Of a stretch of 64,000 nucleotides of DNA, positions 13,876-26,468 are shown in pieces. The translations under genes were made by a program, and so were the position numbers. Position 1 is the first letter of the stretch; the number at the start of each line of letters is the position of its first letter. The notes beneath the pieces were generated by a model, which saw nothing but the letters and a program-made list of their open reading frames with translations, ran no database searches and was not told where the DNA came from. The stretch is from Octopus vulgaris (Eukaryota), in assembly GCA_951406725.2 (NCBI GenBank), contig OX597823.1, positions 20,150,001 through 20,214,000 on the forward strand. The letters are read 5' to 3'.

Positions 13876-14502
13876 GTTTGTTCCTTCTCGAGCCATGCCT
13901 GGCTCATTAGGGCCGGTTTCCCGGTTTCCTTGGTGTATAGGTTCCCCACCTGGACGGAACGCCAGTCCGTCGCAGGTGAGCTGCAAGATGCAGGAGGAAA
14001 GAGTGAGAGAAAGTTGTGGCGAAAAAGTCAGCAGAGGTTCGCCATTACCTTCTGCTGGAGCCGCGTGGAGCTTAGGTGTTTTCGCTCATAAACACACACA
14101 TCGCCCGGTCTGAGATTCGAACCCGCTATCCCTCGACCGCGCGTCCGCTGCTCTAACCACTAGGCCATGTGCCTCCACGACAATGATGGATTATATTGTT
14201 TTGTTCTTTCTCGAGCTATTCCTGGCTAATAAGGGCCGGTTTTCCAGTTTCCTTGGTGTATAGGTTCCCCACCTGGACGGGACGCCAGTCCATCACAGGT
14301 GAGCTGCAAGATGCAGGAGGAAAGAGTGAGAGAAAGTTGTGGCGAAAGAGTCAGCAGAAGTTTCGCCATTACCTTCTGCTGTAGCCGCGTGGAGCTTAGG
14401 TGTTTTCGCTCATAAACAAACACATCGCCCGGTCTGAGATTCGAACCCGCGATCCCTCGACCGCGAGTCCGCTGTTCTAACCACTAAGCCATATGCCTCC
14501 AC
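13876..14502 (-). mobile_element. Two tandem tRNA-derived SINEs (family C, octopus OR-like)
   Basis: Each minus-strand head reads GTGGAGGC...TAGTGGTTAGA...GGTTCGAATCTC; the pair is flanked by ATTATGGATTT at 13865 and 14503. Confidence 0.85.
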
Positions 14503-14559
14503 ATTATGGATTTAGGCACAGTAAAAGGGGAGGAAAAATAACCAGTTTATGTAGAAAAA

Positions 14560-16420
14560 TAAAGAATTGAGGAGTGGGTAAATGTAAAATGTATTTCAGT
14601 TTAGTCTGGTGGTGACTGAAGTAGATATTTATCAAATGAGTTGCATTGTAACAAATTGCAGACGTTGTGTTTAGATAGCAAATTTGTGATTACTTTTTAG
14701 CATGAAGTTCTTCACAGCTGTACATAAATCGCATGTTTTATCCTTGTTTTTATATAACCTATATCGCTCAAGGATATTCCACTTGATGTTGAAATCAGAA
14801 GTATGTTCTCTCAAATGCCAGACATAAATGGATAATTTCGTTAAATTCCTATCTTCTGTTTGTTTGAAAAAAAAACCCAAATATAATTGCAGCAACGTTG
14901 TTTAAAGATGCCTTCCGCATTATCTTATATAGTGTTTACGTACTTCGTCAAGGTTTAGTTTTTCTAGAGGTGACTTCCATTTCTTATATAACCAATACAG
15001 CATTACGTGAGTGTTTAAATGGCCATGCGTTAGCAATTCTGAACGTACGGGCAATCTCAGCAAATTTTAAAAGGTTTATGAGTTGTTTGTTTCTTCGTAT
15101 AAGTAGGGAAACTAGTAAATATTGCATTTGCATTTATGCTGAAAATGATTATCAATGAAGGCTATGAAGCTCTTTAGACATTGAATTTAACTTTCAGCAG
15201 AAAGGAAATGGTGAACTCGATACTTGGGGGTTTCTTCTTTGCACGGAACGGAGGTTGGTTAGGAATGTAAGTAATTTTGTCATCTAATCCACTAGGTTTT
15301 TGTGCATTATTATAGTCGGGGCCACTTTGTAGGAGATAAATTTTATATCCTTTAGTTGATGTTATTCAGTTTTTATCCTTTAGTTGATGTTATTCAGTTT
15401 TTAAAATCTATAAGTTCGATTATTTTTGTGTTTTGTGTTAAGGGGTTTGTGTAAATTTGTTGGTAAATTGTGAGTAACATCTAAGAAATTTCATACGTCA
15501 TTCCTGTTATATCAGTTATTTTCAGGTCGAAATCTTTATATATAAAAGTCAAGTTGTGTGTCTCTCTCCTACGATTTAGATTCCTAACTACTCCCACATT
15601 TTGCGGTGTAGTTTAACCAAAACCGGGTATCTTATAGTCGTGATTCATATCGAGCCCTTCTGGGTATTAGCGCGCGTCTACGATGAGTCTACGATTTAAA
15701 AAAAAATTTACCATAATTTTTTTCCATTTTAATGCATTTTTTTCGCTATTATATAAGAGAAGTAACTCTCTAAAAATCTCTACGATGAGTCAACGATTTA
15801 TAAAAAAAATTACCATAATTTTTTTCCATTTTTAATGCAATTTTTGCTATTTTTTTGGCTTTAACTCTCTAAAAATGCTTATATAGTTATTTCCCTTACA
15901 AACCCGAGCAACGCCGGGCGATACTGCTAGTTATATATAGGGAAGAAATTCTGTCAAACTCTTTTACGACATAAAACAAAATTAAATAAATAAATAAAAA
16001 TTACGGAAGAGATTTGTAAACAGTTTTATAGCGATGTTTGCCATTTTGGTGAATGTTGGATCATGTCAAATGTTTCGGGCTATCCAAGCACAGAAAACCT
16101 TGTTTCGCGGTCTTCCAGTTGGGGAAAAAGAACCTGGCGGTTCGCAACATATTTTGATGCACTCTTTTATTCATAAAATATCACATTATTTCTGGGTGAT
16201 AATCTAATATAATCTTTTGTTCATAAAATATCACATTTATTCCTGGTTGCTGAGAAACATTATTTGTAATATTATGTTAAGTAAAATATTGCTTACTGGC
16301 AGACTTCGACTTTTTCTATCATTAGGGTTTTTAACCCAGTATTTACATCCTATTATTTATAGCTATATCTGCTTCGAGTTCAACCATTAAAGCCAAATAA
16401 AATATTACTTCTGAGATGAA
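14560..16420 (-). pseudogene. Decayed Penelope-like element (RT remnants and C-terminal endonuclease), interrupted by a Helitron
   Basis: ORF 14671..14895 TKLSIYVWHLRE...IKWNIL...CDLCTAVK matches the TELSKYIWxLK...IKWxI...CxLCxxEK end of one PLE endonuclease type; probably the same lineage as 280-965. Confidence 0.65.
15533..15930 (+). mobile_element. Non-autonomous Helitron, about 400 bp
   Basis: A|TC start, CCCGAGCAACGCCGGG hairpin, CTAG|T end, internal duplication; sister copy at 23734. Confidence 0.92.
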
Positions 16421-16823
16421 AGTTGTGTAACGGGAGGGTCATTATGCTAACAATAAACATGCACCGGTTGTGTTTCTTTTTCTATTTTTGTTACTCAATT
16501 GGTTAACCATTTTATCGATTCACTTATCGATTGCTTGATTAACCGCTCAGTCAGCCACTGAATCAGTTTGATTTGTCAATATCCTTTCGTTGCCAATCAA
16601 GACCCAATCAATGGTATGCCTTCACTATTCCAGATCTGCTTAGCAGATTGGATTAAAAGTTTGCGTTCTAAGCAGAAATCCTTGATAATGAAATAGTTTT
16701 CCCCGCCTTGTCATCTCTGAGAATATATTTTATCAGCTCTAATGACAATTATTCACATGAGAACTATAATTCAAATTAGTAAAAAAAAATTATTTTGACT
16801 CATCACATTAAGCACGGTAGATT

Positions 16824-16889
<66 letters not shown>

Positions 16890-16917
16890 GAGGGGTGCTG
16901 ATTAATATATATATATA

Positions 16918-17180
16918 TTTTTTCAGAATGTGATAAAAAACCAAGGCTGTGAAGATTTTAGAACAGTTATAAATAGAAGGTCTTACAACTGTTTCCCGGA
17001 TATTTATTATATCCCTTCGTCGGAGACGGTGTGAGAAAATCTAAATTATTGCTTAGCCATTCTCTCACACCGTCCCCGATGAAGGAATATAATAAATATC
17101 CTGGAAACAACTGTAAGACCTAGTTATAAATGTACTAAAATCTTCACAGCCTTGGTTTTTTTTATCTCATTCTGAAAAAA
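16918..17180. repeat. Inverted pair of PLE terminal-repeat-like arms, each with a hammerhead motif
   Basis: Arms at about 16918-17036 and 17061-17180 are reverse complements; HHR at 16980-17027 (minus) and 17072-17119 (plus). Confidence 0.85.
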
Positions 17181-17737
17181 AATTTTTTTTATATATATAC
17201 ACATGCTGATATATGACCTACGTTGGACTCCTTATTCGCATAATCACCGAACCTGGAGCTTAACTATGGTCTATCCATAGCACTTACTCAGTATTACCTG
17301 GCACCTTTGGGTATTACTGACACCATTACCTCTCATAACCTATATATATATATATATATATAAAAGGAATATGAGGGGTTTCGTTCACTAGTGATCTAAA
17401 CGAATAGGTACGCTCGGTAAGTGCTATAGTTGGTCGACCATTAGGTCCCAAGATTTTGCCTGGATTTACCTGGGGCTTTAGCTAAAAACCTGTATCTTCA
17501 TGGAAGCACCAACCAACATCCACGGCCTCTGGAAAAAGATGAGTTGTGAACATTATTCTCCCGCCTGTATTCTTCTAACTGCTTTTATCCTTTATTCTTC
17601 TATCTTACTACTTGGTTTTATTCTTCTATTTTTATTTTTATTCTTTTTCTATTCTATTTCTATTTTTATTCCTTATAATCTGTGAATTTTATTCCTTGTA
17701 AACTGTAAATTTTCCCCGTCTAAAATATTCATACCTT

Positions 17738-17813
17738 GTCTCTGTTGACGGAATATCCAGTGCACGGACATGCTAACCAATCACTTGGGTTATCCCAGAA
17801 ACAGCTGTAAGAC
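17738..17813 (+). ncRNA. Type I hammerhead motif with core variant CUGUUGA
   Basis: gtct-CTGTTGA, long stem II, GAAAC-agct-GTA-agac. Confidence 0.7.
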
Positions 17814-17890
17814 TTCAAATTTACCTTATCCTAATCAAATTAGTCTAAATGACTTGAGATACTTCTTCTGCCTTGGCTTTGATTTTCCTC

Positions 17891-17992
17891 TAATATAATA
17901 TAATATAATATAATATAATATGATATAATATAATATAATATAATATAATATAATATAATATAATATAATATAATATAATATAATATAATAAT
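17891..17992. repeat. (TAATA)n pentanucleotide microsatellite
   Basis: Direct reading. Confidence 0.95.
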
Positions 17993-18013
17993 AAATATAA
18001 TGTAATAAAATAT

Positions 18014-18320
<307 letters not shown>

Positions 18321-18509
18321 AAAGTCAGAATGCGATAAAATAAAATTAATTATTATCGCTGGTGTTTCTAGCACAGGCCATATATTATTCATATATAAGT
18401 ACATTAAGCGGCGAAGTATGTACTAGAAACACAGAAGCTTGATAAATTTAGTGAAATGAAAATAAAAACTTTTACTAACTCGGTTCTTCTTAGACTGCAG
18501 TTTCGCCTT

Positions 18510-18545
<36 letters not shown>

Positions 18546-18600
18546 CAGGAACTTATGTCAACATCAAAATGTTTTTTGTGCATTTTGATGTTGACATAAG

Positions 18601-18699
18601 TTCCTTGCTTTTCCTGATGAGAAAGCGGCATAATGTACTCCTTATTCCTTCGCAATTAGGAATATGCAGCCTTCGAAACATATGTCGAAAATAAAGGAA
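18601..18699 (+). ncRNA. Type I hammerhead ribozyme with canonical core
   Basis: ttcctt-gc-ttttc CTGATGA; stem II GAAAGCGGCAT/ATGCAGCCTTC; GAAAC-atat-GTC; gaaaa-ta-aaggaa. Predicted cleavage after C18686. Confidence 0.85.
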
Positions 18700-18893
18700 T
18701 TTTGTTAATTCGTCGTTCAGCTCCATTCTTTCATATATCTATATTTTTAAAATAAACATACAAATTTCCACACGAAAGCACGTAATCTATGCCCTAGGCA
18801 CGTAACTTCAACCGTGTTTTTTCTGATGTGAATTTGCTACCCAGGTATCGGTTAATTCGAATTATCCTTAATAAGATAATTCATTCAACTACT

Positions 18894-18936
<43 letters not shown>

Positions 18937-18941
<5 letters not shown>

Positions 18942-19143
18942 GAGGTGCTGAAAAGTTTCTGGCTTTGGGTAAAAGAAAATGCAAGAGGATCAGTTAATTA
19001 TGATTTTATTCAATATATTCCCCTTTGAGATTCACACACTTATTGCAGCGGTCCTTCAGTTTTTCTAAGCCCTGTAAAAGGACTCGGAAGATTAGGCCTC
19101 GGGACACCCTTAAATCCAGGAAGTCTTCATCTCCCACCTCGTA
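18937..19143. mobile_element. Mariner-derived MITE
   Basis: Imperfect terminal inverted repeats GAGGAGGTGCTGAAAAGTTTCTGG and CCAGGAAGTCTTCATCTCCCACCTC, flanked by TA. Confidence 0.65.
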
Positions 19144-19567
19144 TATATATTTATATATGTATAGGGAGAAAAAGAAAGGGAGAGAAAGAGAGAGATAATA
19201 TTGGTTTGAAATTTTGGTACAAGGTCAGCAATCTATTACTCATTTTATTGACCCCGAACAGATGAAAAGTAAAGACGACCTCGGCAGAATTTGAACTCAG
19301 AACGTAAAGACGGACGAAATGCCACTAAGCATTTTGTTGGACGTGCCGACGATTCTGTTAGATCGCTGCCTCATATAGAGATATGATATTGATAGGAATA
19401 CTTATATATATATTTATTTGTTTTTGCAAAAATCTTCATATGGAACTTGTTGAAACATATGTTGTATCTTGGGAGGGTTCATTTGCAAATAACGTAAAAT
19501 ACGCAGACTCTGTGTGTGGTTGTTTCTTGTTGGCAACAAGAAGCGCGCGCATACACACACACACACA

Positions 19568-19627
<60 letters not shown>

Positions 19628-19628
<1 letters not shown>

Positions 19629-19924
19629 GGAGAATTCACAAAACAACAAAAGATGAAGACAGGTGGTGTAGAAAACAAACAGATGTATTAGTATAACGCT
19701 CGGGATTTGATAAAAGTCTTTAACGTTTCGAGCCTACGCTCTTATACAGAAAGGAACATAGAAAGAAATAGAGAAAAAGATGTGTGTAGTGGCTATTTTT
19801 ATTCTCTCCTTGCTTCTCTCCTTGTTTCTTCTGCGTTTCAATTCCCGAACGTTATACTAATACATCTGTTTGTTTTCTACACCACCTGTCTTCGTCTTTT
19901 GTTTTTTTTTTGTGAATTCTCCCC
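19628..19924. repeat. Inverted repeat (about 85-bp arms) enclosing a decayed minimal hammerhead motif
   Basis: 19628-19710 is the reverse complement of 19837-19923; minus strand cttt-CTGTATAA-GAGCgtagGCTC-GAAACGTT-aaag at 19718-19753. Confidence 0.75.
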
Positions 19925-20056
19925 ATATATCACACGCTCACGTGGTCGCACCAGTCGATCCTGTCTCCTCTCATCACCCACGAACTTCTCCACTGGACTT
20001 TCTACACTCCGGCTGCACCTCTCCTGCCTATAGATTTCTCTGAACTCTCCTGTTGA

Positions 20057-20120
<64 letters not shown>

Positions 20121-20123
<3 letters not shown>

Positions 20124-20531
20124 TCTTTACTCCTTTTACTCTTTTACAAGTTTCAGTCATGTGACTGTGGCCATGCTGGAGCACCGCCTTTAGTCGAGCA
20201 AATCGACCCCAGGACTTATTCTTTGTAAGCCTAATACTTATTCTATCGGTCTCTTTTGCCGAACCGCTAAGCTACGGGGACGTAAACACACCACCATCGG
20301 TTGTCAAACGATGTTTGGGGACAAACACCGACACACAAACATATACACACACATGCATATACATATACATATATACGGCGGGATTCTTTCAGTCTCCGTC
20401 TACCAAATCCACTCACAAGGCTTTGGTCGGCCCGAGGCTATAGTAGAAGACACTTGCCCAAGGTGCCACGCAGTGGGACTGAACCCGGAACCATGTTGTT
20501 GGTAAGCAAGCTACTTACCACACAGCCACTC
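20121..20531 (-). mobile_element. SINE family B
   Basis: Near full-length reverse copy. Confidence 0.9.
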
Positions 20532-20609
20532 ATATATTCCGAATTTGTGTGAATATATATATAAATAATATATATATATATAATATATCATATATATATA
20601 ATATAATAT

Positions 20610-21072
20610 ATAAGGTTAAAACTTGGTCTGGTTTTCACGTTTTTTTAATATGGTATTTTAACATTAAAAGAATTATTTTGTAATGTTCATAAAGTCCATT
20701 AGCGCTTTCATACGTTCATAGTAATCATCAGATTTCAAAATGTATTTAACTGACAGTTGAGTTCTTAACAACTGTTGTACTTCTTAGAACGCTCTAACAA
20801 GCTGGATTTTTGGAATACGGTTTTGACCAATCGGCATGCAGCTTAACTGTCATGATTTTCCGGGCGTACCGATATTCTGTAATTTATTTATATTCATATG
20901 TTAAAGATATCTTTTAATCCACATCATTGACTGGTTGTTATATTATTGTTGTTTTTTCCGTTCAGAACAGGTTTGAACATTTTAATAAACCATTTTTCTT
21001 TATCTTTATTTCCAGCCTCACTTGTGTCGTGTAGTTTGTGGAAAGGAAAAATTAGAAACATTTTCTGACCAT
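20610..21072 (-). mobile_element. 5'-truncated PLE 3' end with a minimal hammerhead motif (20698-20733)
   Basis: Translates FLIFPFHKL...KEKWFIKMFKPVLN (GIY-YIG C-terminus); CTGATGA-ttac-tatgaac-gtat-GAAA-gcgc-TA. Confidence 0.7.
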
Positions 21073-21094
21073 ATGCTTCTCTCTATATATAAAT

Positions 21095-21420
21095 GTGAAG
21101 GTGCGTGGCTTAGTGGTTAGAGTATTCTGCTCACGATAGTAAAGTCGTGAGTTCAATTCCCAGTGACGCGTTATGTCCTTGAGCAAGACACTTTATTTCA
21201 CGTTTCCCAGTTCACTAAGCTGGCAAAAATGAGTAGTACCTGTATTTCAAAGGACCAGCCTTGTCACACTCTGTGTCACGCCGAATCCCCCTGAGAACTA
21301 CGTTAAAGGTACTCGTGTCTGTGAAGTGCTCAGCCAATTACACGTTAATCTCACAAGCAGGCTGTTCCGTTGATCGCATCAACTGGAACCCACGTCATCG
21401 CAACCGATGGAGCGCCAGTC
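21095..21420 (+). mobile_element. tRNA-head SINE with Meta-domain-like body
   Basis: GTGGCTTAGTGGTTAG...GTTCAATTCCC, then GTCCTTGAGCAAGACACTTTA; tail shared with the 31630 SINE. Confidence 0.8.
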
Positions 21421-21566
21421 TCACTGCGTGGCACTTTTGACAAGTGTTTTCTACTATAGCCGAGGGTCGACCAAAGACTTGGGAGTGGATTTGGTAAACG
21501 GAGACTGAAAGATGGGTGTATGTATTTGTGTGTCTGGCGTGCTAACGTTTCTGCCAGCTCACCGCC

Positions 21567-21601
<35 letters not shown>

Positions 21602-21958
21602 TCTTTTACTCTTTTACTTGTTGCAGTCATTTGACTGTGGCCATGCTGGTGCACCGCCTTTAGTCGAGCATATCGACCCCAGGACTTATTCTTTGTAAGC
21701 CTAGTACTTATACCATCGGTTTTTTTTTGCCGAACCGCTAAGTTACGGGGCCGTAAACACATCAGCATCGGTTGTCAGGCGATCTTGGGGGGCGGGAACA
21801 AACACAAACACAAACACACATATAGGCACATTTACAGATGCTTATATAAGTACAAAAATACATGCATACATGCATGTAGACATCCACACATATGTTTACA
21901 TACACATATATATATATACTCACATTATATGCATGACGTACATATGCGTGCGTGTTTA

Positions 21959-22011
<53 letters not shown>

Positions 22012-22450
22012 TTGTGTTTGTGTGCGTTTGAGGTATTTGACAGGAAGAGTATGCGAGTTTCGTCTTTGAATATGTATGTGAAAGTGTAAGTGAATACGAG
22101 AAAACACGAGTATGTGCGTCTGTATATGTGTGTGAGTGTGTATGTATGTGTGAATGTGTGTGTGCGCGCGCGCGCGTGCGTAATGTGTGTGTGTGCATGT
22201 GTGTGTGCGCGCATGCGTAATGTGTGTGTTTGTATGTGTGCGCGAGTGTTTGAAGTTCCTGTAGCAGCATCTTTTGGCGTTGGGCGTGAGAAAACTGTAC
22301 AGAAGTCAACTCACGTGGATCAGATTGTGTGGTGGGTGTGTTTGCAGAAAACTGACACTACGCATACTCAACACACAAACATAGACACGCACATTACACA
22401 CACACACACACACACACACACCGATGCATACATATTCGCGTAGAGAGCTC

Positions 22451-22493
<43 letters not shown>

Positions 22494-22523
22494 CACAAAG
22501 AGACATATAAAATGCATACACAA

Positions 22524-22567
<44 letters not shown>

Positions 22568-22961
22568 TATATACACACATGTAAAATTGAAACACATTGC
22601 GTATACAAATCATAGATATATATACGTATGTATAGATCTGTATATATATATACATATATATATATATTTATATATATATATATATGCATATATATATTTG
22701 TCTATATATATATATATTTATATATATATATATATGCATATATATATTTGTCTATATATATATATATGCATATATATATTTGTACTTATACATATATACA
22801 TGTATGCATACATACATATATAGTGTATGTATGAATTTATGTTAGTATATGTATACACACACACATACACACATATATATATAGAGATGCATATGTATGT
22901 GTATGTGTGTGTGCGCCTGTGTTTGTGAGCATAAATCTGTTGGTACGCATACACACACACA

Positions 22962-23030
<69 letters not shown>

Positions 23031-23733
23031 TCACACACGCGCATCCATTTTCTGCCTAGCTACTTTGGGTTAGTTAGATTTATTCTTTGGTATATTCGAG
23101 GCACCAATTCCACATGCGTCACCGGTCTTGCCCTATCCTCTCTACTGACGTATCCATTTGACGACTCCTTTCATTCCACTCGTTGCAATTACTGGACTGC
23201 AGCCTGCCATGCTGGAGCACGTTCTTGTAAGGTTTAGTTGATGAAATCCACTCAATTCCTATTTTTTATAGGACGGCACTGATCGTTTCGGTTGTCAAAC
23301 CGATATGTTACAGGGACGTAAACAAACCAACATCAGTTGTGAAGCTGTGTGGAGGATAAATATAAAGACACACACACGGATATACACATACATGCACACG
23401 CACGCACAGACACACGCCATCTACGGTGGACTTGCATCAAATTCACTCACAAAGCATTTGCCGGTTCAGGGTGGAAGCACAAGACATAATATGCCGTGCA
23501 GTGAAACTGAACCAGAAACCATTTAGTTCACGAAACGAACTTAGCCAGAAACAACTATTTCTGTGAATAGCAAAGGTAAGAAGCAAATTCCCAGAAACGC
23601 TCATATATTCTGACCCAGAAACAGCCTGAAGACCTGTGCCACCCAATGAATGACTCCTTCTACCGTCACCCATGATTTAACCAAGGGCGAATCACTAGTT
23701 CTAACTCTTATACCTGTGTAGTTCTTCTATATA

Positions 23734-24129
23734 TCTATGTATATAAAAGTGAGGTTGTGTGCTGTCTGTCTCCTACGATTTAGATTCCTAACTACTCCCA
23801 CATTTTGCGGTGCAGTTTAACCAAAAGCGGGTATCTTATAGTCGTGATTCATATCGAACCCTTCTGGGTATTAGCGCGCATCTACAATGAGTCTACGATT
23901 TAAAAAAAATTACCATAATTTTTTCCCATTTTTAATGCATTTCTTTGCTAATATATAAGGGAAGTAACTCTCTAAAACTGTATTATTAAATCTCAGAACG
24001 TAAAAAGCTACAGTAACACCCCCGTTTGTGGTTAGCCATATGGAGATGGCTATTATACTTTACATCTCTAAAAATGCTTATATAGTTATTTCCCTTACAA
24101 ACCCGAGCAACGCCGGGCGATACTGCTAG
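23734..24129 (+). mobile_element. Non-autonomous Helitron
   Basis: A|TC...CCCGAGCAACGCCGGG...CTAG|T; near-identical to 15533-15930. Confidence 0.92.
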
Positions 24130-24804
24130 TCTATGTATAATTCGATATACATTAATAAAGATAAGTTTAACACATTAAATTAACATCTTCATTAATGCCG
24201 CCACTGAATTTAGGACGTTTATATTGCTTACGATAGATATTATACTTTTGAGCTAGAGTGTAGCTGGATCTCTATGGCTGGGTCAAACCTAGTAATATGT
24301 GTTTTATAGTGAAGGCAAAATTTCCATTTAAATGGCAATTACCGGACGATTTTCTGTTTGAGTTTAACCGTTTTAAGTCGTAGTAGAAATGCAACCTATG
24401 TCGAAAATAGGCATAAATGTTATAATTCCCCTCCCTTGATCTAAATACTTGAACGGTGGTGTCAATGGCATCGATGAAACCATGATATCTAAATACGTGG
24501 GAGCATTATTGAAAGGCGGAAAGTAATTGTGGTCATCATAACGACCAGATCTGGGATCTGAATCTCTTAGAAAGGTCTTCTGAATTGCTGGTTGCCAGTT
24601 GAATGATAAAATTTTATTTAATTCCTGAGACAACTTTTCTGTTTTATCGCATCAGAGAAAAAAAGATTTACTGCCTCTTTTCTCTAAGGTCAACAACCTA
24701 GTGCTCTGCAATGATGTAAGAGGCCTTCTGTGGAAATATATTAATAAACACTTGTCACACGACAAGCTGTTTGGATTTGACTGTTGAGTATACACACAAA
24801 CATA

Positions 24805-24839
<35 letters not shown>

Positions 24840-24842
<3 letters not shown>

Positions 24843-25309
24843 AAAAGTAAAAAATATATACAAACTGGGACAAGAACGTGAAACACCTAGGAGACGACAC
24901 AAGAACCACAGGACGGGACATTCGAAGCCCTCAGTCATCAGTCAAGAACCAGATCATCTTCGTAATTTCGGCTGATTAATCTTGAGATTGCTCCGACCTG
25001 GGCAGCCCTCAAGGGAAATCTAAGCCAAGCGCATTAGATCCCTTGGAAGAAAGCTTCGAATGTATACAACACAAGGACGGAAAACGAACGATGTACACGA
25101 ATAAAAATACAGAAATACGTGAAAACAATAAGGAAAGCACGAATAAGAATACAAAAACGTAAAAACAATAACGGTAAGGATAAAAATCAAAACCAGGACG
25201 TAGGACAAGGGTCTTTCGACAGGACGAGTTGAGTTGGGGCTGGCTTATGGAGTTGTGCCTTATGGCCGCGGGAGAAAACAAAAACGTGTTGCTTCAGCGA
25301 CTGCTGGAA

Positions 25310-25311
<2 letters not shown>
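24840..25311 (-). mobile_element. (TA)n-embedded structured repeat family S, copy 1
   Basis: Flanked by (TA)n on both sides, aligns with 54190-54570, nested helices plus hammerhead core segments. Confidence 0.8.
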
Positions 25312-25395
<84 letters not shown>

Positions 25396-25423
25396 GAGAA
25401 TGAAGCAACAAGAATGGATAGGT

Positions 25424-25514
25424 TTTTAGTACAATCGTTTCATACAAGGACAGGTTTTATTAAAAGTTGCAAAAATTACAGCATATAAACGTGTCCCGTA
25501 CTCATCAGCTAAAA
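25424..25514 (-). ncRNA. Type I hammerhead ribozyme with canonical core
   Basis: ttttag-CTGATGA-gtacgggaca...tgtccttgtat-GAAAC-gatt-GTA-ctaaaa; 6-bp stem I. Confidence 0.85.
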
Positions 25515-25821
25515 TACATGTGAGTTCTCTAGACATCCTAGTGGTTGAGGCTATACTCATGAAGTAATGTAGATAATTAAGTAACATAAACAGATTTCAA
25601 AAGTTCATTAAAGTTCTTTAAAGATGATGTACAGTCTTATCACAGAATTTAAAAAAAAAGTCTTAATAGCATCACAGAGAAGGTGACCCAATCCATAGTG
25701 CACATATGAATTTCCAGAGATATGATGAGGGATTACATACTCACAGAAAGCAAATTTATCCATTGTTAATTACAACGAGGTGGGTTTCAATTCCTGCTTA
25801 TTAGCAGGAATTGAAACCCAC

Positions 25822-26390
25822 TGACAGCATCCGGCAGAGTTTTTTCACCTTTTTCTTTCCCATCCAGTTCCTGATAGACTCGCTTCTGATTTTCTTCGAA
25901 AAGTTTGTTTAATCTCTACTGCTCAATTCTCTATTCATATCACCTTAGTTTATGTGCTTTAGCTTTCAACCACTGTTTTAATTCCTCAATTATAACATTG
26001 ATTCCCTTTCTCTTCACCCTTTACTTCCTCTCTAGTTCAACATATTTCTCAGGTTGAACTTAATTTCTCTTTTTCTGTACCAGAATATTTATGTTTTCTG
26101 ATCTCGTTAATAGACTGCGTTATTCTCCTTTTCCATCATGGTTCCTTCGGGTTATGTTGACATTTACCTTTTGGTTTTCAAACCTAACTTACGGGCTATA
26201 AAGATCGAGATTGCATTTATCAGATTGTTGGTGTCTGTGATGTTGTCAGTCCTGATATCACCAGTGATATCATTTATCATCCTGACCCATTCATTGAGTT
26301 TCTTTCTGTCTACTTTTTAAAACCCCGTATGAAAGCTCTGTTCACCTCTGTCCACTTTTTTAAACCTCACGTATGAAAGCTCTGTACACC
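25822..26390 (-). pseudogene. R4/Dong-clade LINE fragment (region before the RT)
   Basis: IIEELKQWLKAKAHKLR...NKLFEENQKRVYQELDG...PDA, with stops. Confidence 0.7.
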
Positions 26391-26394
26391 ATTA

Positions 26395-26464
<70 letters not shown>

Positions 26465-26468
<4 letters not shown>

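Noticed and set aside
21762-23044. Many YI, HT and CV repeat ORFs here and throughout the window
   Set aside because: Translations of (TA)n and (CA)n tracts.
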